Positions 39,217 through 50,398 are shown, counted from the first letter of the stretch. The stretch is 64,000 nt of DNA from an uncultured Actinomycetes bacterium (GCA_963841735.1 CAWJDT010000001.1:928001-992000), one strand, 5' to 3'. A program made the numbers and translations. The notes: generated by a model from the sequence alone, not told the origin.

Positions 39217-39322
39217 GCCTGCTCTCACTCGGTGGGCTCCTCGTGGTAGGTATCGGTATGCTGGGTCGCCGCGGCAATTCTAGCGCGCCCTGGAGCCTGG
39301 AGCCATCGGCGCTCCGGGTGGC

Positions 39323-40084
39323 TTACAGGATGAAGGGGAGGATGGCCTTGCGTTCGGGGGGATAGGCGGGGAATTTCTCTCGGTACCAGCGATGGGTTTT
39401 GATGGCGCGCGGAGCCAGATTGGCGACCGTCCAGACCAAGAAGGCGAGAGCTCCAAGGTTCCAGCACGCGAGCGCCCAGCCTGCCCACTCCAGCATCTCG
39501 CCCAGATAGTTGGGACAGCTCACATACCTGTACGCACCTCCGTAGGGGATCTTGTAGCCGGACTCGCCTCCAGTACGCAGTCCGATGAGCACCTTGTCGG
39601 AGTGTTGGTTTAGGGCATACCCGGTCCAGAAGAGGAGCGCCCCGATCACGAAGCGAGGGTCCCACAGCCAGGACACTCCCAATTCTGGCCCCAAGGTGAA
39701 GAGATAACGCCCGTTCAGGTAGCCGTTGCCCACGTTGAAGATCGCTCCCATCAGGATGACCGAGACGGTGATGCTGGGCCGGCTGCTGTGCACGCGGAAG
39801 GGGTAGATGAGAGAGCGGTGCACGTAGTGAGCTATGAAGAACATGAGCAGCACTACGCTCACGGGGTTGGACTTGCGCTCGCTGAGTCCGTAGAGGACCA
39901 GAAAGGTGATGAGGACGGGAGTCTCCATGAGTATCCAACCCCGGCGCGCGCTGATCTTCGGCCCCCATCCACTACGGGTGAAGCGGCCATAGGGCGCGTT
40001 GACGAAGAATAGGGCGACGAAGGTGACCACGGCAAGCGCCATCCAGGCTATGACTAACCAGTGGCAGAAAGTTATCTCACTCAT
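39323..40084 (-). CDS. Steroid 5-alpha-reductase family protein (3-oxo-5-alpha-steroid 4-dehydrogenase-like)
   Basis: APYGR, W..ME, HY.HR, NGYL, N.HSD, Y.IP.GG, PNYLGE and H.WY motifs. Confidence 0.9.
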   Translation of the reverse strand: MSEITFCHWLVIAWMALAVVTFVALFFVNAPYGRFTRSGWGPKISARRGWILMETPVLITFLVLYGLSERKSNPVSVVLLMFFIAHYVHRSLIYPFRVHSSRPSITVSVILMGAIFNVGNGYLNGRYLFTLGPELGVSWLWDPRFVIGALLFWTGYALNQHSDKVLIGLRTGGESGYKIPYGGAYRYVSCPNYLGEMLEWAGWALACWNLGALAFLVWTVANLAPRAIKTHRWYREKFPAYPPERKAILPFIL

Positions 40085-40149
40085 AGCCCGCACTTATACC
40101 ACTTGGCACGTTCTGGCGCGCGACCGTGTGCGCATGTAACCTGACAGGG

Positions 40150-41041
40150 GTGCAGCAGATCATCAACATCATCGGCCCCACGTTCTTCGCTATCGCGCTG
40201 GGCTATCTGCTCAGAAGAGTAACGCAATGCCCGGCCCGGAATGCTCATCGATGTGGCCATGTACGTCGCCACGCCTTGCCTGGTCTTCGTCTCCATGTAC
40301 TCCACCGTGGTCGTTATGGGTGAGGCCGCGCGTCTCTGGGCGGCTTACCTGATTATCGGGGCAGGGACTTTCGTCATCGGTTGGCTGGCGTTCGGTCTTT
40401 TCGGCAAGCGCCGCTCTTGGCGCTCGGGCATCTATTTGCCGATCGTTTTCGCGAACTCCATCAACATCCCCCTGCCCATCATCTACCTGGCCTTCGGGGA
40501 TGAGGGGGTGGCCAAGGCCGTGCTCATGTACATCCCGAATGCGCTCATCATCTACTCGCTCGGCATCTACATGGCGTCCGGTCACGCCGGGTTCAGGCAA
40601 GGTCTGGTTACCGTGCTCCGCACCCCCCTGATCTACGCTGCCATCCTGGGCTTGGTACTCAACGTCACCGGCGCGGCAATGCCGGAAGTGGTGACCACCG
40701 CCTTCAAGTTCGTGGGCCAGTCCGCGGTGCCCCTGATGTTGCTGGTGTTGGGGATGACTATCGGTGACGTCCGCTTCAAGCAGATGCCTTTGACTCTCGG
40801 CGCGAGTGTGGTCCGCATGGGTGGGGGTTTTGTCATGGGGTTGTTGGCGGTGTGGCTACTGGGTCTCAGCGGTCTTCCCCGGGCCGTCGTGCTCTTCGAG
40901 GCGGCCATGCCCAGCGCGGTCCTCGTCTCGCTACTGGCCACCAAGTACAAGAATGAAGCCGAACTGGTTTCCTCAGTGGTGTTGACCAGCACTCTGATGA
41001 GCATCGCCGTCATCCCCGCCTTGCTCTACTATCTGACTTAA
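40150..41041 (+). CDS. AEC (auxin efflux carrier) family transporter, frameshift near 40230
   Basis: N-terminus VQQIINIIGPTF is in one frame and the remainder (PCLVF, N...PLP, AMPSA) in another. Confidence 0.8.
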
Positions 41042-41061
41042 GCGTAGTCCGGCCGAAGGCC

Positions 41062-42060
41062 ATGGATGCGACGCGGGGAGGTTTCGTTTTGGCTGAAGAC
41101 GTTAGGGATCGCAGCATCGTCGCTGAGGGGATAGCTCGCTATTTCGCCGATGTCAAAGCGGTGGACGGGGTGGATCTCAACATCGAGTCGGGCCGAGTCT
41201 TCGGGTTCTTGGGGCCGAATGGCTCGGGCAAGACGACTACCGTGAAGATGCTCACCACCATCCTCGCTCCGACGGCCGGTACCGCCAGGGTGGGTGGCTT
41301 CGACGTGGTGCGGGAGCAGGAACGGGTGCGCTCGCGTATCGGCGTCGCGCTTCAAGAGGTCGGTCTTGACGGGCTCATGACCGCCCGGGAGATGCTGACG
41401 CTCCAGGCTCGCTTGTTCACCGCCGATGCTGCCGGCGCGCGCGCGGCCGCAGAGCGCCTGCTCAAGACGGTGGCTCTGGACGACGTCGATCCAAAGAAGA
41501 AGGTCGGGCAATTCTCGGGCGGTATGAAGCGGAGGCTTGACCTTGCCCTCGCTCTCGTCAACGACCCGGACATTCTTTTCCTCGACGAGCCCACCACCGG
41601 CCTTGATCCGGTGAGCCGCCTGGCCATCTGGGAGGAGGTCCGGCGCTTGAACTCCGAACGCGGCATGACGATCTTCCTGACCACGCAGTACCTCGAGGAG
41701 GCCGACCGGCTGGCCGATGAGGTGGCCATCATCGACAAGGGCAAGATCGTGGCCCAGGGCTCACCGAGCGCCCTCAAGCGGGAGATCGGCAACGAGGTGG
41801 TGACACTGACTTTCGCGACGGCCGAGGTGGCCGGTCGGGCCGCGGCGGTGCTGGCGCCCCTGGCCCCCCGGCAGCAACAGTCGGGCCGCGATCTGCTCTG
41901 CTACTTCACGGCCGCCGCCGACAAGCTGCCAGGTATCGTCCGGGCCTTGGATGAGGCTGGAGTATCGCTTGAGGCCCTCACTGTCAGCGAGCCGACCTTG
42001 GACGACGTGTTCCTGCGGGCCACCGGTCAGCGCATCGCCGCCCGGGAGGAGGAGGCGTGA
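41062..42060 (+). CDS. DrrA-like ABC ATP-binding protein
   Basis: GPNGSGKT, FSGGMKRR, LDEPTTGLDP and TTQYLEEAD motifs. Confidence 0.95.
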   Translation: MDATRGGFVLAEDVRDRSIVAEGIARYFADVKAVDGVDLNIESGRVFGFLGPNGSGKTTTVKMLTTILAPTAGTARVGGFDVVREQERVRSRIGVALQEVGLDGLMTAREMLTLQARLFTADAAGARAAAERLLKTVALDDVDPKKKVGQFSGGMKRRLDLALALVNDPDILFLDEPTTGLDPVSRLAIWEEVRRLNSERGMTIFLTTQYLEEADRLADEVAIIDKGKIVAQGSPSALKREIGNEVVTLTFATAEVAGRAAAVLAPLAPRQQQSGRDLLCYFTAAADKLPGIVRALDEAGVSLEALTVSEPTLDDVFLRATGQRIAAREEEA

Positions 42061-42819
42061 TCGAGATCCTACTTCTCGTGCGACGGTCGTTGCGCAACAG
42101 TCTGCGCGTCCCGGCGGCGCTTATCCCCAACGTCGCCATCAGCGTCTTCTTCCTGTTCGTCTTCAACGCGGGGTTGTCTTCGGTGGCGAACCTGCCGGGC
42201 TTCAAAGGCACTTACTTGGCCTTCATCATCCCGGTTTCTATCGTGTCGGCCTCGGTCGGCGGCGCGGGCAGCGCCGGGCAGTCGCTGGTGCGCGACCTGG
42301 AGTCGGGGTACTTCACCAAGCTGCTCTTGACCCCGGCCTCGCGGCTGGCCCTCGTCTGGGGTCCCGATGATCGCGGGGGCCATTTTGCTGGTGGGGCAAG
42401 TGGTGCTCATCTTGGCCTTGGGACTGGCTCTGGGTCTGAAGCCCGCGGCCGGTCCGGCCGGTCTGCTCTTGGTCTTGGGCTTCGCCTTCCTCTGGGGCAT
42501 GGCTTTCGCCGGGTATGCGGTGTTCGTGGCTCTCAAGACCAAGAACGGAGCGGCGGCCGAGGCGGCCACGTTCGCCTTCTTTCCGCTGATCTTCCTCTCG
42601 ACTACGTTCGTGCCCAAGGAGTACATCACCGCTACATGGCTCAAGTGGCTGGCCACCGTCAATCCCACCACGTACATCTATGACGCGATGCGCTCGCTGC
42701 TGATCGAAGGATGGCAAGGGCAGCCACTTCTGATAGGTCTGGGGGTGGTGCTTGCCTTCGGCACCCTGACGGGGGCAATGGCTCTGCGCCAGGCGCGACG
42801 GGCGACCCGGTTGGGATAG
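42057..42819 (+). CDS. DrrB-like ABC-2 permease, frameshift near 42365
   Basis: Two consecutive ORFs join if one C is removed from GGTCCCGATG. D..SG, P..FLS and NP motifs. Confidence 0.85.
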
Positions 42820-42830
42820 GGGGACGAGCG

Positions 42831-44510
42831 GTGACAGACGAACGGTCGCGTGCGGCGGTGCCTAGCCTGGCGGCGCCCAGTCCATACCTGCACGACGGCC
42901 GGCCGTTCCGGGTGGGCGCCGTCGTCTTCGATTTCGACGGCACGCTGACCGCTCCGGGTGAGATCGATTTCGCGGCCCTTCACGAGGCCCTCGGCTGTCC
43001 GCGAGATGTGGGACTGCTGGAATTCCTCCAGGCCATCGCCGATCCGGAGGAGCGGCGGCGCAAAGAGGAGATACTGGCGGAAGCTGAGACGGAAGCTGCC
43101 GGCCGGTGCCGGGCGAACGCAGGAGCCCAAGAGCTGGTGGCCCTTCTACGAGAGCACGCGATCCCCATGGCCATCCTCACGCGCAACCGGCGCGAGGCTG
43201 TGGACGTGGCGTTCGCGCGCTTGGACGGCATCGAGCCGGGCGACTTTGCCCTGGTGGTCACCCGGGACCTCCCCTTGAGCCCCAAGCCTTCCCCAGACGG
43301 CGCGCAGTTCATCGCTCGGGAACTGGGGCTGGATGTAGGCGAGATGCTTGTGCTCGGCGATCATGCCTTCGACGTGGAGGCGGGGCAGCGGGCGGGGGCG
43401 TTGACCATGTTCCTTCAGAACGATCCGCGCGAAGCCTCGCAGCCGTCGGGCGCCGATTTGACGGTGCACACTCTGAGCGAGGCCGTCCGCATCATCCGCT
43501 ACGGTCTGCCCCTCCCGGTGGGCAAGTTGCCGCCTGAGTTCTTGGGGGTGGGCCTGACCGGCATAGCCCTCACCGATCCGGCCGTGCTGATCGGGGCCGG
43601 CATCGGAGAAGATGCGGCCGCCATCGATGTGCGGGCGGCCGAGGTGCTGGTCTTGGCGGCGGACCCTATCACCATGGCCGCGGATTCCCTGGCCCGGTAC
43701 GTCGTCTTGGCCAACGCCAACGACGTGGCCACCAGTGGGGCCACCCCGCGTTGGCTTCTCAGCACCCTGCTCTTCCCTTGTGGCACCAGCGCGTCGGAGA
43801 TCCTTGCTGTCATGCGTGACATCCAGGCGGTGTGCGCTGAATGTGGGATCTCTCTGTGCGGGGGCCATACCGAGATCACCGATGCGGTGTCGCGCCCCCT
43901 GGCAGTCGGCACCGTGGCAGGCACGGCGGTGGCGGCGGAACTCCTCGACAAAAGGCAGATGCGGGAGGGTGACCTGGTGCTGTTGACCAAGGGTGTGGCC
44001 GTGGAAGGCACCGGCCTCCTCGCCCGGGAGTTCGGTGGACGCTTGACCAAGGCCGGTATCACCGCTGCCGAGATAGCCAAGGCGGCTCGTTTCTTGGACA
44101 GAATAGGGATCTTGGAGGAAGCGCGGGTCGCCCGCTCCTTTAGGGGAGTGAGCGCACTCCACGACGTCACCGAGGGGGGGTTGGCCACCGCGGTGCGGGA
44201 ACTGGGCGCAGCCGGCGGCCGCCGGCTGCGCCTCCACATGGAAAAGATCCCCGTGTACCCGCAGACCCGGCGCGTGTGCGAGGCTCTTGGCCTCGACCCC
44301 CTCGGTCTGATCGGGTCGGGAAGCCTCCTCATCACCTGCTCCCCAAGCGACGCGGGATCGCTGGTCACCGCCATGGGTGCGGCCGGCATCGAGATCACCG
44401 AGATCGGCGAAGTGCTGGGCTTGGGTGAGGGGATCGAGGCGCTCAAGGAGGGTGCCTCAGTGGAGTGGCCCCTTTTCACTCGAGACGAGGTCTCCCGTCT
44501 AAGTAGTTAG
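42831..44510 (+). CDS. HAD phosphatase fused to an AIR-synthase-related (PurM/HypE/ThiL superfamily) domain
   Basis: DFDGT, TRN, KPSP and GD...D, followed by GEDAA, DPIT, NDVA, GGHTE and HDVTEGG. Confidence 0.85.
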   Translation: MTDERSRAAVPSLAAPSPYLHDGRPFRVGAVVFDFDGTLTAPGEIDFAALHEALGCPRDVGLLEFLQAIADPEERRRKEEILAEAETEAAGRCRANAGAQELVALLREHAIPMAILTRNRREAVDVAFARLDGIEPGDFALVVTRDLPLSPKPSPDGAQFIARELGLDVGEMLVLGDHAFDVEAGQRAGALTMFLQNDPREASQPSGADLTVHTLSEAVRIIRYGLPLPVGKLPPEFLGVGLTGIALTDPAVLIGAGIGEDAAAIDVRAAEVLVLAADPITMAADSLARYVVLANANDVATSGATPRWLLSTLLFPCGTSASEILAVMRDIQAVCAECGISLCGGHTEITDAVSRPLAVGTVAGTAVAAELLDKRQMREGDLVLLTKGVAVEGTGLLAREFGGRLTKAGITAAEIAKAARFLDRIGILEEARVARSFRGVSALHDVTEGGLATAVRELGAAGGRRLRLHMEKIPVYPQTRRVCEALGLDPLGLIGSGSLLITCSPSDAGSLVTAMGAAGIEITEIGEVLGLGEGIEALKEGASVEWPLFTRDEVSRLSS

Positions 44511-44524
44511 GCAGTACCAAATAG

Positions 44525-44543
44525 TACGGCGATGCCGTATAAT
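44525..44543 (+). promoter_or_regulatory. Palindromic operator overlapping the -10 box of the marR-MFS operon
   Basis: TACGGC-GAT-GCCGTA overlaps TATAAT (44538-44543), which is 8 nt before the ATG. Confidence 0.6.
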
Positions 44544-44551
44544 ATGGCACC

Positions 44552-45001
44552 ATGAGTACTCATACCCCCCTCTCCCTGAGTGATCGCTTCCGCACCGCCT
44601 ACTGGCGGGCGCTGCAGGAGTTGGATACCTTGCGCCTACATCAGTGGGAGCGATCGCAACTGACCATGCCGCAATTGCGGGTGCTGTTCCAGGTGCGGCG
44701 TTCGCCGGGCATCACCACCGGCCAGCTCAGCCGCAACGTGGGCATCACCATGTCGACCACTAGTGGTCTTGTCACGAAGTTGGTGGATGGAGGCCTGATC
44801 GCTCGGAATACCAGCCAAGAGGATCGGCGACAGATCCCCCTGGAGCTGACTGAGACGGGCAGGCAACTCGCTGGAGAACTGTCCGAATACTCGCGCCCCT
44901 TCCTGGAGGGCCTGGCCGAAGAGCTGGGGCAAGATCTCGAGTCGGTGGTCGCGGCTCTCGAGGCCTTGACGGCAGCGGCGGCGCGGGTGAGACCGCGATG
45001 A
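44552..45001 (+). CDS. MarR family regulator
   Basis: LTMPQLRVL, winged HTH, DRR and LTETG motifs. Confidence 0.93.
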   Translation: MSTHTPLSLSDRFRTAYWRALQELDTLRLHQWERSQLTMPQLRVLFQVRRSPGITTGQLSRNVGITMSTTSGLVTKLVDGGLIARNTSQEDRRQIPLELTETGRQLAGELSEYSRPFLEGLAEELGQDLESVVAALEALTAAAARVRPR

Positions 45002-46278
45002 GGATCCCCCGCCCCCGCGTGGCGAACCTAACGCACACGTTCCGCTCGCTTAAGAACAGGAACTACCGGCTCTTTTGGTTTGGCCAACTGATATCCCTGG
45101 CCGGTACGTGGATGCAGGATGTCGCCCTGGGCTGGCTGGTGCTGGAAATCACCGGTTCCGCTGTGGCCCTTGGCTTGACCATGACCATCCGGTTCTTTCC
45201 CGCGCTTCTCTTCTCTTTGCACGGGGGAGTGCTGGCCGACCGCCTGCCCAAGCGGCAGACCCTCGTCATCGCCCAATCGACGCAGTTGGTGGTCGCCCTC
45301 ATTTTGGCAGTGCTCACCTCCGCTGAGATCTTGACTGTGACTATCATCTATGTGCTCGCTGGGCTGCGGGGGATGGTGGATGCCATCGAGGGCCCCACTC
45401 GACAGGCCTTTGTTCCTGAGATGGTCGGCATGGCCGACCTGCCGAACGCCGTGGGCCTCAACTCCATGCTGTTCAACTCCGCGCGTATCGTCGGCCCGGC
45501 CATCGGGGCGGCTGTTATCGGCATCCTGGGTATGGCGGCGTGCTTCTACCTGAACGCGGCGACTTTTGTTGCCGTCATCGTCGCTCTGGCCCTGATGCGC
45601 CCGAGCGAGTTGTATGAGGTCCCCCGCGCTCCCAGGGACAAGGTCTGGCGTCAGTTGCGCGAAGGTCTTGGCTACGCCCGGAGGACCCCCGAGGTGATGG
45701 TGATCTTCTTAGTAATGAGCGGCATGGGCGCTTTTGGCATGAACTTCCAGACCCTGCTGCCGCTGGTCACCAAGCGTGTTCTCCTTGCGGGACCTTCCAC
45801 CCTGTCGCTGCTCTTCGCGGCAATGGGGGTGGGGTCGGTGATGGCCGGATTGGTGGCTGCCTACCGGGCCAAGCCCAGTCGGAAGCTGCTACTGGGCGCA
45901 GCGGGCTGTTTCGTGATCTTTCTGGCGCTGACAGGGCTCTCGCCGTGGCGAGCCAGCACGGTAGCGCTGCTCTTTCTCTGTGGCGTCACGGCCAACCTCT
46001 GCATGACCGCCGCGAACACGCGGCTGCAGATGCGGGTGCCGGGACACTTACGGGGCCGGGTCATGGGCATCTACATCCTGCTCTTCATCGGCACTACACC
46101 CATTGGCAGCTATATCTGCGGGCAAATGGCCGACAATGCCCATCTGGGGGTGCGGGGCACAGTGCTGATCACGGCCGGTCTGTGTGGTGCCTTCATAGCC
46201 ACGGCGTGGGTCTACGCTCGGCGGGCTACCCCGGCGGATGAGAGCGAAGCTCAGATGGAGCCGGCAATCGGCGCGTGA
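44998..46278 (+). CDS. MFS transporter (MFS_3 / H+ antiporter type)
   Basis: G..IS..GTWMQ, GVLADR.PK and RGRVMG motifs. Confidence 0.92.
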   Translation: MRIPRPRVANLTHTFRSLKNRNYRLFWFGQLISLAGTWMQDVALGWLVLEITGSAVALGLTMTIRFFPALLFSLHGGVLADRLPKRQTLVIAQSTQLVVALILAVLTSAEILTVTIIYVLAGLRGMVDAIEGPTRQAFVPEMVGMADLPNAVGLNSMLFNSARIVGPAIGAAVIGILGMAACFYLNAATFVAVIVALALMRPSELYEVPRAPRDKVWRQLREGLGYARRTPEVMVIFLVMSGMGAFGMNFQTLLPLVTKRVLLAGPSTLSLLFAAMGVGSVMAGLVAAYRAKPSRKLLLGAAGCFVIFLALTGLSPWRASTVALLFLCGVTANLCMTAANTRLQMRVPGHLRGRVMGIYILLFIGTTPIGSYICGQMADNAHLGVRGTVLITAGLCGAFIATAWVYARRATPADESEAQMEPAIGA

Positions 46279-46291
46279 CCGGAGGAGGCGC

Positions 46292-46762
46292 CTATTCCGA
46301 GGCCCTGGTGGGCTGCTCCCGGGGCGCCAAGACCGGGAGGTCCCGCTTCTCGAGGGTCAAGATCGCGTCCCTCAGGTCGGGCGGGAGCGAGGTTCGCCGG
46401 CCGGTAACGTAATCGTACGAGACGACCACCGCGTCACTCTCCGCGGCCACCCTGTCCAGCTTGTGGCTGAAGGCGGCATGCTCCATCAACACGCGGTCCT
46501 CTCCCAGAGCAGCCACCCTTGTTGCGACCGAGAGCGTGTCGGGATAGGTTACCGGCACTTTGAACCGGCAGCTTAGGCTCGCCAGGATAAGACCGTACTC
46601 CTGCCACGAGGGGCCGGGAGGGTCCATCCCCAGCGCCACCAGATATTCGATGCGGGCCGTCTCGAAGTACTGCAGGTAGAGGGTGTTGTTCACGTGCCCG
46701 AGGGAGTCCATATCGCCCCAGCGCACGACCACATCCACTACCACCGGGTAATCCTTAAGCAT
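46292..46762 (-). CDS. Acyl-CoA thioesterase (4HBT/YbgC family)
   Basis: VRWGDMDSLGHVNN..Y..YFE.AR motif. Confidence 0.92.
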   Translation of the reverse strand: MLKDYPVVVDVVVRWGDMDSLGHVNNTLYLQYFETARIEYLVALGMDPPGPSWQEYGLILASLSCRFKVPVTYPDTLSVATRVAALGEDRVLMEHAAFSHKLDRVAAESDAVVVSYDYVTGRRTSLPPDLRDAILTLEKRDLPVLAPREQPTRASE

Positions 46763-46886
46763 GACTTCTCCTGCCTCTTGCGGCTGAACGGTGGGATTGT
46801 ACTCCGAGAGTCAGAGGTGTATCCGGTCGTCAATACCGGTACTCTAGTGGGTAGAAGCAGAGGTCCCCACGAGAAAGGAACCGACT

Positions 46887-47994
46887 ATGAAAGATCCGCG
46901 GGTGGAGGCCTTAGCCGGTAACCTTCTGGACTATTCGCTCAAGATCAAGCCGGGCGAGAAGCTGCTCATCGAGGGGGAGACGGGCTCGCTCGAGCTGATG
47001 ATGGCGCTGGTCGAAGCGACGTACAAGCGGGATGCCATGCCCTTTGTCCATTTGGGCGACGCCCGTTTGCAGCGGGCCTGGCTGCTTGGGGCCACGCGGC
47101 CGCAGATGGACCTCCGAGTCTTCTGGGAGCTGCATAGGGTCAAGGATGCTGATGCCGTTCTTTCGATAATGGCCGGAGACAATGCCGCCGAGCTTGTTGA
47201 CGTCCCAGGGGCCGCGCTGGAAGACGCTCGTCTGGCGTCAAAGCCGCTCATGGACATATACCTGTCGAAGAAGTGGGTGCTTCTTCGCTTTCCTACCCCT
47301 TCTGCCGCTCAGGCGGCAGGCATGTCCACGGAGGGGTTCGAGGACTTCTGCCTGGCGGTCTCCACTCTGGACTACGCCCGCATGGCCAAGGCCATGGACC
47401 CCTTGGTGCAGCTCATGGAGCGCACCGACCGCGTGCGGGTGACAGGGCCGGGCACCGACATCAGTTTCTCCATCAAAGGGATCCCGGTGCTCAAGGCGTC
47501 CGGTCAAAACAACATCCCCGACGGGGAGGTGTTCACCGCTCCCGTGCGCGACTCGGCCAACGGCACGATTCTGTTCAACACGCCTTCGCTTGAAGACGGC
47601 ACCACGTTCGAGCGCGTCAGCCTCACCTTGAAGGACGGACGGGTGGTCGACGCCGACTGCAACGAGCCGGAGAAGCTCCGGCAGAGATTGGACACCGACG
47701 AGGGGGCCCGCTACCTCGGCGAGTTCGCCTTGGGACTGAATCCTCTGATCGAGAAACCGATGAAGGACACTCTGTACGACGAGAAGATCGGCGGGAGCCT
47801 GCATCTGACTCCGGGCCGGGCCTACGATGACGCCGACAACGGCAACCGTTCCGGCATCCACTGGGATCTCGTGCTGATCCAGACGCCAGAATGGGGCGGG
47901 GGCGAGATCTTCTTCGACGGAGTGCTGGTACGCAAGGACGGCCGCTTCGTTCTTGCCGGAGCTCGACGGGCTTAATCCCGAGAACTTGGTGTAG
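46887..47994 (+). CDS. M29 aminopeptidase (AmpS/PepS type), frameshift near 47950
   Basis: NIPDGEVFT, GEFALG, DEKIGG..H and SGIHWD motifs. The expected tail LPELDGLNPENLV* is in a shifted frame. Confidence 0.9.
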
Positions 47995-48012
47995 GCGGAG
48001 GGCCGATAGGGG

Positions 48013-49480
48013 ATGACTACCCGTATGGCCACAGGTACGAACGACATCGGCATCATAGGACTGGGCGTCATGGGCAGCAACTTGGCGCTCAACATGGCAG
48101 ACCACGGGTTCGCGGTGGCGGTCTACAACCGCACCGCTTCTGTGACCCAGGAGTTCGCCGCTTCGCTCGGCCGGGGACAACGGGTGCAGCCCTGCTACTC
48201 CCTCGAAGAGTTCGTCGAGTCGCTCGCATTGCCGCGCAGGGTCATGATCATGGTCAAGGCGGGGAGCCCCGGTGGACGCGGTGATCACCGAACTGGAGGC
48301 TCTGCTCGAACCCGGAGACGTGCTGATCGACGGCGGCAACTCCCATTTTGCCGACACCGAGCGGCGAGACGAAGTCTCTGGCGGCTAAAGGCATCGCCTT
48401 CTTGGGAGTGGGAATCTCGGGCGGGGAGTCCGGCGCCAGAACTGGACCGAGCATAATGCCGGGAGGGCCCAAGGAAGCCTACGAGTCGGTGCGCGCCATA
48501 TTCGAGGCCATCGCCGCCAAGGTGGACGGCGAGCCCTGCGTGTCATATCTCGGGGTGGGCGCCGCGGGCCACTACGTGAAGATGGTCCACAACGGCATCG
48601 AGTACGGCTTCATGCAACTCATCGCCGATTCATACGCGCTCATGAGGCAGGCGCTCGGCCTCTCGAACGACGAGTTGGCCGCGGTCTATGCCGGCTGGGA
48701 CGAGGCGGAGCTGGACTCCTACCTTGTGGAGATAACGGCGCAGATCTTCCGACGGCGCGACGACAAGACCGGAGGCTACCTGGTCGATCTCATACTTGGC
48801 GAGGCCGGACAGCTCGGCACCGGGATGTGGGCCTCGCAAAGCGCCATGAGCCTGCAGATGCCCGTGCCCAACATCGACATCGCCGTCGCCATGCGGAACC
48901 TGTCCGCTCTTGAGGAAGAGAGACATGAGGCGCGGACTCTGCTAGGGCCGGCAGACTCTGCTGAGAAGACGGCCGCGAGGGTGTCGCCCGGCGGCGAGGG
49001 CCCAGTGGGGATGCGCAGCCTCAAGAGCGAGAACGTGCGCGGCGCTCTGTACGCCGCCATGGTGATCACCTACGCGCAGGGCTTCGCTCAGCTGCAGGCC
49101 GCCTCCAAGGCTATGGGTTGGACTCTGCAGGCTGGAAGACGTGGCTTCGATCTGGCGGGGAGGCTGCATAGTGAGGGCGGCCCTGCTGCGGGACATCAGG
49201 GCGGCATTCCAGCCGTCGGCCGGAACTGCCGAACCTCCTTCTCGACCCCCACTTCTCTCGAGTCCTGCGCGCTCCAGGCGGGACGATCTGGCCTGTGCCA
49301 TCGCTGCCGGGATGTCGGCCGGTGTCCCCGTCCCGGGCCTGATGACTGCGCTGGCCTATCTGGACAGCTATCGAGCACGAGTGGTTGCCGTCCAACCTCA
49401 TCCAGGCCCAACGCGACTACTTCGGCGCGCATACCTACCGGCGCGTCGACGAGGGCGGGGTATTTCACACCGACTGGTAG
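48013..49480 (+). CDS. gndA: NADP-dependent 6-phosphogluconate dehydrogenase, several frameshifts
   Basis: [37 protein letters not shown] and [12 protein letters not shown] motifs spread over several frames. Confidence 0.9.
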
Positions 49481-49513
49481 GCGGGCCGAGAACGATGGCA
49501 GGTGGAGGGCTCT

Positions 49514-50398
49514 ATGCCGGACTCGATGATCGCGCACGGTGGGGCCACGCGAGGCCGGTTCCTGGTGAATGTCTACCCCGATCCGGCTACCATGGCGCTC
49601 GTGACGGCCGGGCTCATCGTCGTGGAAGCCCGGCGGGCGGTCAGGAAGCGCGGCCGCTTTCACGCTGGCCCTCGCGGGCGGGACGACGCCTAGAGAGACG
49701 TATGCGCTTCTGGCGGGCCCTCCCTTTGCGGATCTCGTGCCCTGGGAGAACGTGGAGGTCTTCTGGACAGACGAGAGATGTGTGGGCCCGGATGATGCTG
49801 CGCAGCAACGAGCGGATGGTCCGCGACAGCCCTGCTTGATCACGTGCCTATCCCGCCCGCCCACGTTCACCCGATGAGATGCCCGACGGACGGCGTCGAC
49901 TGTGGTGATCTAGATCCGGCAAGCGCCGACCGCGTCGCCTTGGCTGCTGCCGACCGCTACGACGAGCTGCTTGACGCCGCCTTTCCGGCACGCGGCGCAC
50001 CCGGCGCATGTGGCGCACCCGGCGTCGACCTGGTGCTCCTCGGACTGGGTGAGAACGGGCACACCGCGTCGCTCTTCCCCGGTTCAGTTGCACTTGGCGA
50101 GAGCGAGCGAGTGGCCGCTGCGGCGCTGGTCGATGCTGCTGCCGGTCGCGGCACGACCGCAGCCGGTGAGGATCTCTGGCGCATCACGATGACGGCTTCG
50201 TTCATCAACAGGGCTGCCTCGGTGGTCTTTCTTGTCAGCGGCGCTGCCAAGGCGGAGATCGTCAAGGAAGTCCTTGAGGGACCGCTCGCTGCCACCCGCC
50301 TGCCGGCGCAACTGATATGGCCGCAAGGCGGGACTCTGCGCTGGCATCTAGATGACGACGCGGCCGCGCTACTTCACCAGGAAACGGAGGCGAGTTGA
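49514..50398 (+). CDS. pgl: 6-phosphogluconolactonase, frameshifted
   Basis: LAGGTTP, W.DERCV, LLGLGENGHTASLFP, RIT and LPA motifs in different frames. Confidence 0.85.
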
